NCBI GenBank assembly: GCA_965116885.1
Contig: OZ220741.1
Coordinates: 3,158,932 to 3,222,931 of the forward strand
Length of the DNA: 64,000 bases
From: Candidatus Latescibacterota bacterium
GTDB taxonomy: Bacteria; Latescibacterota; UBA2968
Direction: 5' to 3'
Positions 10,006 through 17,633 of the stretch are shown one piece after another. The notes below the pieces were generated by a model. It made no database searches. It had not been told where the DNA came from and saw only the letters and a program-made list of their open reading frames with translations. The number at the start of each line of letters is the position of its first letter. Position 1 is the first letter of the stretch. Position numbers and translations under genes: made by a program.

Positions 10006-10202
10006 TTCGATTTTTTAGTCTATCTTTCTAATGTCTTTTGGTTGTATGATTTTGGAATTTACTGCCATTAATAATTATACTCAAAATAGACGATATATAG
10101 CCCTAAAGACGATATATAAACCCAAAATATATCATTATTAGTCTAAAAGATCAATTCTAAAAAAATCAGGTCTCATTTTCCCTTATGAGAGAAGATCAAG
10201 TC
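10006..10202 (-). promoter_or_regulatory. AT-rich (about 30% GC) upstream region of the oxygenase-like/MFP/RND/P450 operon containing a tandem direct repeat agacgatatata (10088..10099 and 10107..10118, 19-bp spacing)
   Basis: Base composition contrasts sharply with the ~50% GC surroundings. The exact 12-bp direct repeats resemble tandem transcription-factor half-sites. The region lies immediately upstream of the operon's first start codon. Confidence 0.3.
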
Positions 10203-10317
10203 CTGCACAATCTACAATTACATTAAAAACACCCCCGCCCAGAATGGCCAGGCGGGGGTTTGTTTGGTTGTATAAAAGGGGCGATTACGTCACCACAGGT
10301 GACATACCCGGTTCGCC
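10203..10317. repeat. Repeat copy B: paralogous ~115-bp element with hairpin acccccgcc…ggcgggggt, A/T flanks and the same 3' segment caccacaggtgacatacccggttcgcc
   Basis: It aligns with 2753..2862 in direct orientation. Its 3' part forms the last ~11 codons (…AGEPGMSPVVT) of the minus-strand sulfatase at 10285..11604, and the hairpin with T-tract lies just downstream of that gene's stop. Confidence 0.6.
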
Positions 10318-11604
10318 CGCGTGGTATGACGCCAGGCACCAGGGGTCTCGGGTTTCTTTGCGGAAGGTGCGAACTTTTTGTCGCATGACTTCGGCGATGT
10401 CCTGAACCTCCGGGTCGTCGATGATGTTGGTGGATTCCATGGGATCATTTTCGATATCGAAAAGGGCTTCTGCATCCTGGTGCAAAAATTTTTCCGTGCG
10501 GCGTTTGCCCATTTCCAAATTTTCTCTGCGGATGGCCTGCCAGGTGGGCGAGGCCCACAGGTCACTGGGCAAAGGGGTGGTGATTTCGGGATAGAGATTG
10601 CGCACGTATTTGTATTTGCGTCCACGCAGTACCCGATAGGGGTAGTAATTGGTGACTTCGTGGAAGGTGTGGGAAAAGAAGGTTTCGTCAAATCCCTCGG
10701 GATGTGCTTCGCCGAGGATGGGGACGAGGGATTTTTCAGGTAGCCCTTCGGGAGCTTCAACGCCACACCATTCAAAGACGGTGGGGGCGATGTTGTTCCA
10801 GTTGACGAGGGCGTCGCTGACAACAGCTGCGGCATCTGGGCGCGCAATGATGAGCGGACAGTGGTGACCCGTGTCAAAAGAAGAGGCTTTGCCGCCGGGA
10901 AAGGGCATGCCGTGATCGCTCATGACGATGATCAGGGTATCCTCGGCACGACCAGCGTCTTGAAGTGCCTGCACAGCCATGCCTATGCCGGTGTCGAGGC
11001 GAGAGACGGATTGGTAGTATTCGGCAAATTCTCGTCGAACATCTGGATGGTCGGGCAAAAAGTCGGGAACGATGACTTCGTCTGGGGAGTATGTGACTTC
11101 GGGAACGCCGGGATAGGTTTGTTTGTTGCCGAAGTCACGGTGAGGATCGGAATAACCGACGTGTAGATAGAATGGCTGGTCGCTGTCAATGGTTTCAAAG
11201 AATTTTGAGATGTTGTCTGCAATACCGCGCACATTGCGCCCACCACCAGCTTCGTAGTTCCAGGGATAGACAGATTCGGGTTGGACGTGGAGTTTGCCGA
11301 CAACGCCGGTTGTGAATCCGGCGGATTGTAGGGTTTTGGGAATTGACGGCATGTTGAGTTGTGTGTGGAAGTTGTGGATGCTATGCGAGTGACCGTATTG
11401 TCCGTGCGTGTGGCTGTAGTGCCCGGTGAGCAGGTTGGCGCGGCTGGCCGCACACGATGGGGTGGTGCAAAAGGCGTGCTTAAATAAGGTGCCCCGCGCG
11501 GCAAGGGCATCTACGCTGGGCATTTTGATAATATTATTGCCATAACATCCGGCAATGGGACTCCAATCGTCGGCAATGAGTAAGAGGACGTTGCGATAGG
11601 ACAT
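10285..11604 (-). CDS. Sulfatase (alkaline-phosphatase superfamily, arylsulfatase-like) with non-canonical active-site motif
   Basis: The N-terminus begins NVLLLIADD, matching the sulfatase metal-binding start. The active-site region is FCTTPSCAASRANLLTGH, where the CxPxR position reads C-A-A-S-R. No signal peptide is present. Confidence 0.85.
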   Translation of the reverse strand: MSYRNVLLLIADDWSPIAGCYGNNIIKMPSVDALAARGTLFKHAFCTTPSCAASRANLLTGHYSHTHGQYGHSHSIHNFHTQLNMPSIPKTLQSAGFTTGVVGKLHVQPESVYPWNYEAGGGRNVRGIADNISKFFETIDSDQPFYLHVGYSDPHRDFGNKQTYPGVPEVTYSPDEVIVPDFLPDHPDVRREFAEYYQSVSRLDTGIGMAVQALQDAGRAEDTLIIVMSDHGMPFPGGKASSFDTGHHCPLIIARPDAAAVVSDALVNWNNIAPTVFEWCGVEAPEGLPEKSLVPILGEAHPEGFDETFFSHTFHEVTNYYPYRVLRGRKYKYVRNLYPEITTPLPSDLWASPTWQAIRRENLEMGKRRTEKFLHQDAEALFDIENDPMESTNIIDDPEVQDIAEVMRQKVRTFRKETRDPWCLASYHAGEPGMSPVVT

Positions 11605-11615
11605 AAGATCTCCTT

Positions 11616-12932
11616 TTAATTTCTTATTGAACTGTTGTCGCGTTTTCGCTCATCGGCTATTTGTTCGAGCATGCGATGCACGCGGTCGAGTTGTGTAGAT
11701 GTTATATTTGCCGTTTCGTAAGGATCGGAACCGATGTGAAAAAGTTCGGTTTCTTCGGGGGTTTGGCCTTCTTCGTAGATCAATTTCCAATTGCCCGTTC
11801 GCATGCCAAAGGACGATCCTCTAAAATTCCAGAAGATAGACCGTTCTTCGGGTATAGCGATGTCGCCCGTGAGCAGGGGCCAGATGTCTTGGCCATCCCA
11901 TTGGGGATCGCTGTTGGGCGTATAGTCAATGAGATTGGTCAGGGTTGGCATCCAGTCGGTTATGTGCAAGGGGTGAAAGCATTTGCCGGGTTGCAGATGA
12001 AAAGGCCAATTAATCAGGGATGGCGTGCGAATGCCGCCTTCGTAGAGTTGAGATTTTTGACCTCGCAGGGGCAAATTGCAGCCCAGGCGCGGCATGTCTT
12101 CGTGTCGGCCCGGGTATTTGTCCGTGTCGTGAAGGGGACCGGCAGGGATGGCACCGTTGTCCGATGAGAAGATGATGATGGTGTTTTCGCGCTGGCAGGT
12201 GCGGGCAAGGGTCTCGACGAGTTGACCGATGGCGTGATCCATCTGGCTGGCGTACGCGGCATAGGTTTTGAATGAGCGGTCTTTGTTGTCGTCGAGGTCG
12301 TAGCGCCGGTCTGAATAGCGGTCTATCCAGTGTTGCGGCGCTTTGATGGGGGTATGAACAGCGGTGAAAGGAACATAGCAAAACCAGGGACCTGTTTGCG
12401 CTTCGATCCACCGGGTGGCTTCCCGAGCGATGAGGTCGGTGACGTGGCCGCGTTCTTCAATGAGTTCGCCATTGCGGTGCCAGGTGACGCTGAATGGTCC
12501 CGATTTGTAGCGGTGGTTATACGGGTCAACGCCGCCGGCAAGGCTTCCATAAGCGGCATTGAAACCAAATTGGTTGGGGCCGTATTCGGGAGAAGATCCC
12601 AGATGCCATTTTCCAAAGAGGCCGGTTTCGTAGCCCGCATTGCGGAAGGAGGAGGCCAGTGTTTCATAGCCATCTGGGAGGACGGGAGCGTTGGAGGGGA
12701 CGGTGGCGTGGCGTCCAAAGCGACCGGGATGGCGGCCCGTTAGGAGACAGGTGCGAGTGGGAGTACACATGGGACAGACGTAGTGCTGGTCGAGTTCGAT
12801 TCCCGTGGCTGCGAGGCGGTCGATATTGGGCGTGCGAATGTGTGAGCCGTGATAGCTGACGTCACCCCAGCCCATGTCGTCGGCGAGGATGAAGAGAATA
12901 TTGGGTTTTTCAATTTTTCCAGATTTGGTCAT
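11616..12932 (-). CDS. Sulfatase (arylsulfatase family) with canonical CTPTR motif
   Basis: ILFILADDMGWGD and CPMCTPTRTCLLTGR signatures are present. The most likely start is the internal Met of MTKSGKIEKPNILF, which avoids overlap with the upstream VanZ-like gene. No signal peptide is present. Confidence 0.85.
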   Translation of the reverse strand: MTKSGKIEKPNILFILADDMGWGDVSYHGSHIRTPNIDRLAATGIELDQHYVCPMCTPTRTCLLTGRHPGRFGRHATVPSNAPVLPDGYETLASSFRNAGYETGLFGKWHLGSSPEYGPNQFGFNAAYGSLAGGVDPYNHRYKSGPFSVTWHRNGELIEERGHVTDLIAREATRWIEAQTGPWFCYVPFTAVHTPIKAPQHWIDRYSDRRYDLDDNKDRSFKTYAAYASQMDHAIGQLVETLARTCQRENTIIIFSSDNGAIPAGPLHDTDKYPGRHEDMPRLGCNLPLRGQKSQLYEGGIRTPSLINWPFHLQPGKCFHPLHITDWMPTLTNLIDYTPNSDPQWDGQDIWPLLTGDIAIPEERSIFWNFRGSSFGMRTGNWKLIYEEGQTPEETELFHIGSDPYETANITSTQLDRVHRMLEQIADERKRDNSSIRN

Positions 12933-12954
12933 GTCAGGTGTCCTGTTAAATATT

Positions 12955-13362
12955 CTATAAAATCCACTGTCTGATTTTACCGTTTTCTCTGTGTTTCGCA
13001 TACCACAATAGCAGGATTATAATTGCGACACCTGTGCCATCCCACACCACATCGGTCCAGACGCCAGTGCGACTGGGTACAAAGGATTGATGGTATTCGT
13101 CCAATATCGCATAGAGAATGGATATCAGGACGCTCCACAATACACAGGGGGCAAATCGGTTCTTTGTCCATAGAGATCGGAAACACAGATAGGTCAGAAT
13201 AGCATATTCTGCTATGTGGGCAAATTTGCGTACGGCATGGTGTATTCGTTCACTAAAAAAGAAAATTTTTTCTGTATTCTCGAACGATAGCAGGCCGCTT
13301 GAACCAATAAAAATTAAGAGTAGCCAGACAAACAGGGCGATGCGCCAATGCATTGTTGTCAT
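12955..13362 (-). CDS. VanZ-like family membrane protein
   Basis: The conserved VanZ motif DEYHQSFVPSRTGVWTDVVWDGTGV (DExxQ…R…D…N/D.G) is present with four TM segments. The start was chosen at MTTMHW, downstream of the preceding gene's stop. Confidence 0.55.
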   Translation of the reverse strand: MTTMHWRIALFVWLLLIFIGSSGLLSFENTEKIFFFSERIHHAVRKFAHIAEYAILTYLCFRSLWTKNRFAPCVLWSVLISILYAILDEYHQSFVPSRTGVWTDVVWDGTGVAIIILLLWYAKHRENGKIRQWIL

Positions 13363-13375
13363 GTGTTTTTCCACC

Positions 13376-14116
13376 CTATTGTGCTGTTTTGAGGGCTTGT
13401 ATCGCGTCGTCGGTGGCGTCAATGACATGGGTACCTGAGGGTACGATAAATTCAAACCATTTGTCTTTGACGTCCGGATTGATGCTCAAATTGTGAAAGG
13501 TCTGCGTGATGATCTCATTGTTTTCGGCATCAAAAAATCCAACCCGGCGCAACAGACCGTCTTCGGGATTGATGAGTAATTGTGCTTTGACAGGGGGATT
13601 AGGCAGTTGTGCGTGTAAGAGATTGACTTTGATCTTTGCTTCAAAGACTCGGTGGGGGCGTTCTTCAAATATTTCGTCTGCGGTGTAGCGAATGCTCGTC
13701 CATTCCAGACCTCTAAAGGGACGCAGGGGGTCGGCCTGGTCTGCATCGGCTTCGAGGTTGGTGATGCGATAGACGCGCCCCAGGTTCACTTTGGAGACGA
13801 TTTTTTCTTCGCGGTCATAGGTCCACATCAGGCCGCCATCCGACAGGCGTTGTGAAATAATCACTTGATCTTGTACGGTATCGAGGCGCATCAGGTTGGG
13901 GCGTTTAAAGGTTGCGCTGGCATTGAGCGTCAGTTTCTGATCCATTACGCGAATGACTGTGGTCTGTTCGGCCTTACAGGTGGCGATTTCTCTGGCATTT
14001 TTTTGAATTTCGACCATTATTTCATCGGTTTTCCCATCTCCTGTTGACATTTTGTTTTCATTTTCCGCGCTGACCTGAGCTGTGAGGATCAGCATTGCGA
14101 CCACCCAGCGTTTCAT
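13376..14116 (-). CDS. Secreted LolA-like/DUF4292-like periplasmic protein (hypothetical)
   Basis: The signal peptide MKRWVVAMLILTAQVSA is followed by a ~225-aa soluble domain with LolA-like beta-rich composition. Confidence 0.35.
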   Translation of the reverse strand: MKRWVVAMLILTAQVSAENENKMSTGDGKTDEIMVEIQKNAREIATCKAEQTTVIRVMDQKLTLNASATFKRPNLMRLDTVQDQVIISQRLSDGGLMWTYDREEKIVSKVNLGRVYRITNLEADADQADPLRPFRGLEWTSIRYTADEIFEERPHRVFEAKIKVNLLHAQLPNPPVKAQLLINPEDGLLRRVGFFDAENNEIITQTFHNLSINPDVKDKWFEFIVPSGTHVIDATDDAIQALKTAQ

Positions 14117-14119
14117 AAC

Positions 14120-14725
14120 TTGCTCCTTATGAGAAATTTTATTCTTCGCGCTCGCAAAGGCCCGACCACACCAGATTTTTCGCTGGATGATCTGCGCCGA
14201 GTTGGACGATTGGAGATTGTGGCGCATTGTTTGGCTAACGCGCTTTTTTATTCTCAAAATATACGAACCAATACTACTGTACACCTCGTTTTTGATGGAC
14301 CTTCGGATCCGCCGAAAACCGTGCGTTTTGAAAGCGATCAGTTACCCTATTTGGGTGGATTTGATGAACGTACTTTAGCAGGGGTTGTACAAAAAGCACT
14401 ATCTGTTGGCAAGGGTTTGTCATTGGGCGAAGAGCGACAGGTTGATAACGGTCTTTTTGTGGCAAAAAAGGGATTTGAACGCGTTGTGCAAGATCACACG
14501 GAATCGCTCTATGTGCTCGAGCGCAGAGGTGTTGACATCCGTAAGGTGACATTTCCCCAGGATGTGACGTTTGTTTTTTCAGACCATCTCACAATGCCCA
14601 AAAAAACGGCTAAATATTTGCGCCGCCTCGGTGCTAAACCAATTTGCGTGGGGCCCCAGATGCTGTTTGCTTCTCAGTGTATTGTGTTGCTACACAATGA
14701 ATTGGACCGGCAAGATGTCTGGTGA
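14120..14725 (+). CDS. trmY: TrmY-like SPOUT methyltransferase (tRNA pseudouridine-54 N1-methyltransferase family, DUF358/COG1901)
   Basis: The N-terminal signature FILRARKGPTTPDF…GRLEIVAHCLANALFYSQNIR matches the TrmY/DUF358 family. The likely true start is the ATG of MRNFIL, 9 nt inside the ORF. Confidence 0.5.
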   Translation: MLLMRNFILRARKGPTTPDFSLDDLRRVGRLEIVAHCLANALFYSQNIRTNTTVHLVFDGPSDPPKTVRFESDQLPYLGGFDERTLAGVVQKALSVGKGLSLGEERQVDNGLFVAKKGFERVVQDHTESLYVLERRGVDIRKVTFPQDVTFVFSDHLTMPKKTAKYLRRLGAKPICVGPQMLFASQCIVLLHNELDRQDVW

Positions 14726-14734
14726 AGTGGTTTA

Positions 14735-15229
14735 CTAAAAGAGTTTGAATGTCGCGCCAATGTGTCCGGAGAATCCACTGATGACATCGTTTTGATCTTC
14801 GACAAATTTAATCCTGGCAAATAGCCCGAGTTTTTCACCTATTGGAAATTTGTATCCCAATTCCCCACCTATAAAACGTTCAGAAGCACCATCGGATAGT
14901 ACAAAACCAATACTCGGTCCAAAAAACAGCTTGTGGGTTTCAAAGTCGCGCATGCCAATCGCATAATTGAGGCTCGTGCCCAGGGTGTGCATCATAGGGC
15001 TGGCAAAACTTATGTCGTAAAACGGCGCGAATATGAATGATCCAGGCAGGTTGACATGGACAGAGGTGTGCAGGGCAATCCCGCCAGCTGAATCAAATCG
15101 CGGGCGAATACTGTCGTTCCACATAAAACCTCCACCCAGGTTTACGCCGTCGATAAATGCCGCATCGGCAGTGCCCATATTAGAAGACAACACGCATAGC
15201 GCAAGACAAAAACTTTTTAGAATCTTCAT
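14735..15229 (-). CDS. Small outer-membrane beta-barrel protein (OmpW/opacity-type fold, hypothetical)
   Basis: Signal peptide MKILKSFCLALCVLSSNMGTADA is present. Glycine/aromatic-rich alternating strands run to a C-terminal aromatic (…ATFKLF). Confidence 0.5.
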   Translation of the reverse strand: MKILKSFCLALCVLSSNMGTADAAFIDGVNLGGGFMWNDSIRPRFDSAGGIALHTSVHVNLPGSFIFAPFYDISFASPMMHTLGTSLNYAIGMRDFETHKLFFGPSIGFVLSDGASERFIGGELGYKFPIGEKLGLFARIKFVEDQNDVISGFSGHIGATFKLF

Positions 15230-15257
15230 AAAACCTCCTTTAAAGTTTGATTCCCGA

Positions 15258-16322
15258 TCACACGTATCGCTCGTCCAATGCCGCGACCACATCTTTTACG
15301 CGCTGAGAGCCATCGCGGGGTACAATAAGCAGGGCATCGCCCGTATCGACTACGATTAAATCCTCGACATCGACCAGCGCGATTATTTTGTCCTTGCCGC
15401 CATAAACGGTTGTGTTTTTCGCATTGAGCAATAGCACATCGCCCTGTAGTAAATTGCCATTTTCATCTACGGGCAAGACATCAGTCAAAGCGCCCCACGC
15501 TCCAATATCGCTCCAATCGATATCTGCTTGCAGGGTCGCAATATCTGACGCACGTTCGATAATCGCATGATCAATGGCGATGTTTTTCATTTGCGGATAG
15601 ACCTCGGTAATGACATCTGTTTCTCGTCCCTCTTTAACTGCGGTGCCAATTTTTTCGAGCATGGCATACATCTCGGGTTCAAATTTTGCAAAAAGATCCA
15701 GCATCGTTCTGGCTTTCCACACAAACATATTGCTATTCCACAGATATTGACCGCTCTCCAGATATGTTTTTGCAGTCGCTACATCGGGTTTTTCTTTAAA
15801 TGACTCTACGGCATAAACCGGCTCGTTGTTTACCCTGGCAATCACATTGCCTTTTTGTATATATCCAAAGCCCGTGTCTGCGCGCGTTGGTTTTACACCG
15901 AGTACAAACAGGGTATCTGGGCGACCCTCCAGCGCGTCTGCTGCTACTTTGAGCAACCGACAAAATTCCTCTGGTTTGCCAATGTGGTGATCAGAACCCA
16001 AACTCGCAATTGTACATCCGGGAAAACGGGCTTCCAACAAAGCGCATTCAAGCCCCACCGCAGGCCCTGTGTTGCGAAGTGTTGGTTCTAAAATTGTATT
16101 TTCAGGAGGTAATTCGGGCAATTGTTCTCGAACGCTATGCAATAGTTTTACGCCCGTGGATACAAAAAGATCATCCATTTTTGCCAGCGAATTGAGGCGA
16201 TTTACCGCCTCTTGCAACATCGTGTGTTCACCTGTTAAAGCGTGAAATTGTTTGGGCCTGTTTTGGCGACTCAAAGGCCATAGCCGCGTGCCAACACCAC
16301 CCGCGCGAATTACAAATTTCAT
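15258..16322 (-). CDS. Mannose-1-phosphate guanylyltransferase (GDP-mannose pyrophosphorylase) family nucleotidyltransferase
   Basis: The N-terminal nucleotidyltransferase motif FVIRAGGVGTRLWPLS is present, and a left-handed beta-helix-like C-terminal region with an overall length of 354 aa fits this family. Confidence 0.75.
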   Translation of the reverse strand: MKFVIRAGGVGTRLWPLSRQNRPKQFHALTGEHTMLQEAVNRLNSLAKMDDLFVSTGVKLLHSVREQLPELPPENTILEPTLRNTGPAVGLECALLEARFPGCTIASLGSDHHIGKPEEFCRLLKVAADALEGRPDTLFVLGVKPTRADTGFGYIQKGNVIARVNNEPVYAVESFKEKPDVATAKTYLESGQYLWNSNMFVWKARTMLDLFAKFEPEMYAMLEKIGTAVKEGRETDVITEVYPQMKNIAIDHAIIERASDIATLQADIDWSDIGAWGALTDVLPVDENGNLLQGDVLLLNAKNTTVYGGKDKIIALVDVEDLIVVDTGDALLIVPRDGSQRVKDVVAALDERYV

Positions 16323-16468
16323 GTCCTATATCCAGATATTACTAAACAAAAAGTAATGTCTCTTGCCAGAGGGCACAACCGAAACCTTGCAGCAAAGGCC
16401 GTCTTTTTATATCTTTACCCAAATACGCGTGAAATATCCCCAGGGGGATTGCTCCCCCACAACAGGAG

Positions 16469-17527
16469 TTGACTGTTATGGCACTGACTGCCACTACTTT
16501 GGAAGAGACCTATCAACAGATGGCCGAACGATTAGAGGGCATTGTGCCCGATATCGAATTGCGCTACAAAGCCGAATTGGCTTACGAAATTAATAAGCTT
16601 AAAAAAGAGCGCGGAGCCATTATCCTCGGGCATAATTACATGGAGCCGGCACTTTATCACTCTGTGCCAGATGTCGTGGGCGATTCGCTCGAGTTATCGC
16701 GTAAAGCCGCAGAAACCGACGCCGATCCCATTGTTTTTTGCGGCGTGCGTTTTATGGCCGAGACCGCAAAAATTCTCAATCCCGACAAAACCGTACTCTT
16801 GCCTGCGCGCGTTGCGGGCTGTTCGCTGGCTGCGAGCATTACTGCAGAAGACGTTCGCAATTTGCGCGGACAATATCCGGGCGTTCCCATTGTCACGTAT
16901 ATCAACACCTATGCCGATGTCAAAGCGGAATGCGATATTTGCTGCACATCGGGCAATGCTCACAAGGTTGTTGAATCGCTCAATTCGGATACCGTTATCT
17001 TTTTGCCCGACGAATACTTAGCCGCCAATGTGGCGCAAGAGACCGACAAACGCATTATTTTTCCCACAGTAACGGGATTTGCCGATCCCAAACCCGGTCT
17101 TGAATACGAAATGATCGGCTGGCATGGTCGGTGCGAAGTACACGAGCAATTTACCGTTCAGGATATTGAAAATGTGCGCGTGCAGTTTCCAGATGTCGTT
17201 GTTCTCTCCCATCCGGAATGCAGTCCTGAAGTGGTCGCTGCGTCCGATTTTTCGGGCAGTACCTCTCGCATGGTCGATTATGTTCGCGACATGGATGCCG
17301 AGCGTTATTTGCTGCTTACAGAATGCAGCATGGGCGACAACATCGCTGCGGAAAACCCGGATAAGGAAATGGTAGGCCTGTGCAGCATTCGCTGTCCACA
17401 TATGAACGAAATTACACTTGAAGACACGCTCAATGCACTTGAGTTTAACGAGCAAATTATCGAAGTGCCCGAAGATATCCGCGTGCGCGCATTAAAGGCT
17501 GTGGAACGCATGCTGGAAATTGTATGA
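16469..17527 (+). CDS. nadA: Quinolinate synthase NadA
   Basis: NadA motifs are present: VRFMAETAKIL, the Fe-S ligating cysteines …CSLA… and the TYINT/CTSGNA regions. The likely start is the ATG at 16478 (MALTATT), with GGAG 9 nt upstream. Confidence 0.85.
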   Translation: MTVMALTATTLEETYQQMAERLEGIVPDIELRYKAELAYEINKLKKERGAIILGHNYMEPALYHSVPDVVGDSLELSRKAAETDADPIVFCGVRFMAETAKILNPDKTVLLPARVAGCSLAASITAEDVRNLRGQYPGVPIVTYINTYADVKAECDICCTSGNAHKVVESLNSDTVIFLPDEYLAANVAQETDKRIIFPTVTGFADPKPGLEYEMIGWHGRCEVHEQFTVQDIENVRVQFPDVVVLSHPECSPEVVAASDFSGSTSRMVDYVRDMDAERYLLLTECSMGDNIAAENPDKEMVGLCSIRCPHMNEITLEDTLNALEFNEQIIEVPEDIRVRALKAVERMLEIV

Positions 17528-17556
17528 TCGTTTAAAAAATAAAGTTATGCGATACC

Positions 17557-17585
17557 AAAGGCCCGATACATCTCGGGCCTTTTGC
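17557..17585. terminator. Intrinsic terminator hairpin aggcccga-tacatc-tcgggcct followed by a T-run, between convergent nadA and the amidohydrolase gene
   Basis: An 8-bp GC stem and a TTTTG tail sit between the two stop codons. Confidence 0.4.
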
Positions 17586-17633
17586 GTTTCGATATTGCGT
17601 ATCAGACCTGTGTGTTTTTGGTCAACGCCAATC

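Noticed and set aside
10290-10877. 195-aa minus-strand Pro/Ser/Thr-rich ORF
   Set aside because: It lies in an alternative frame of the sulfatase gene (10285..11604) that carries canonical sulfatase motifs, so it is a frame artefact.
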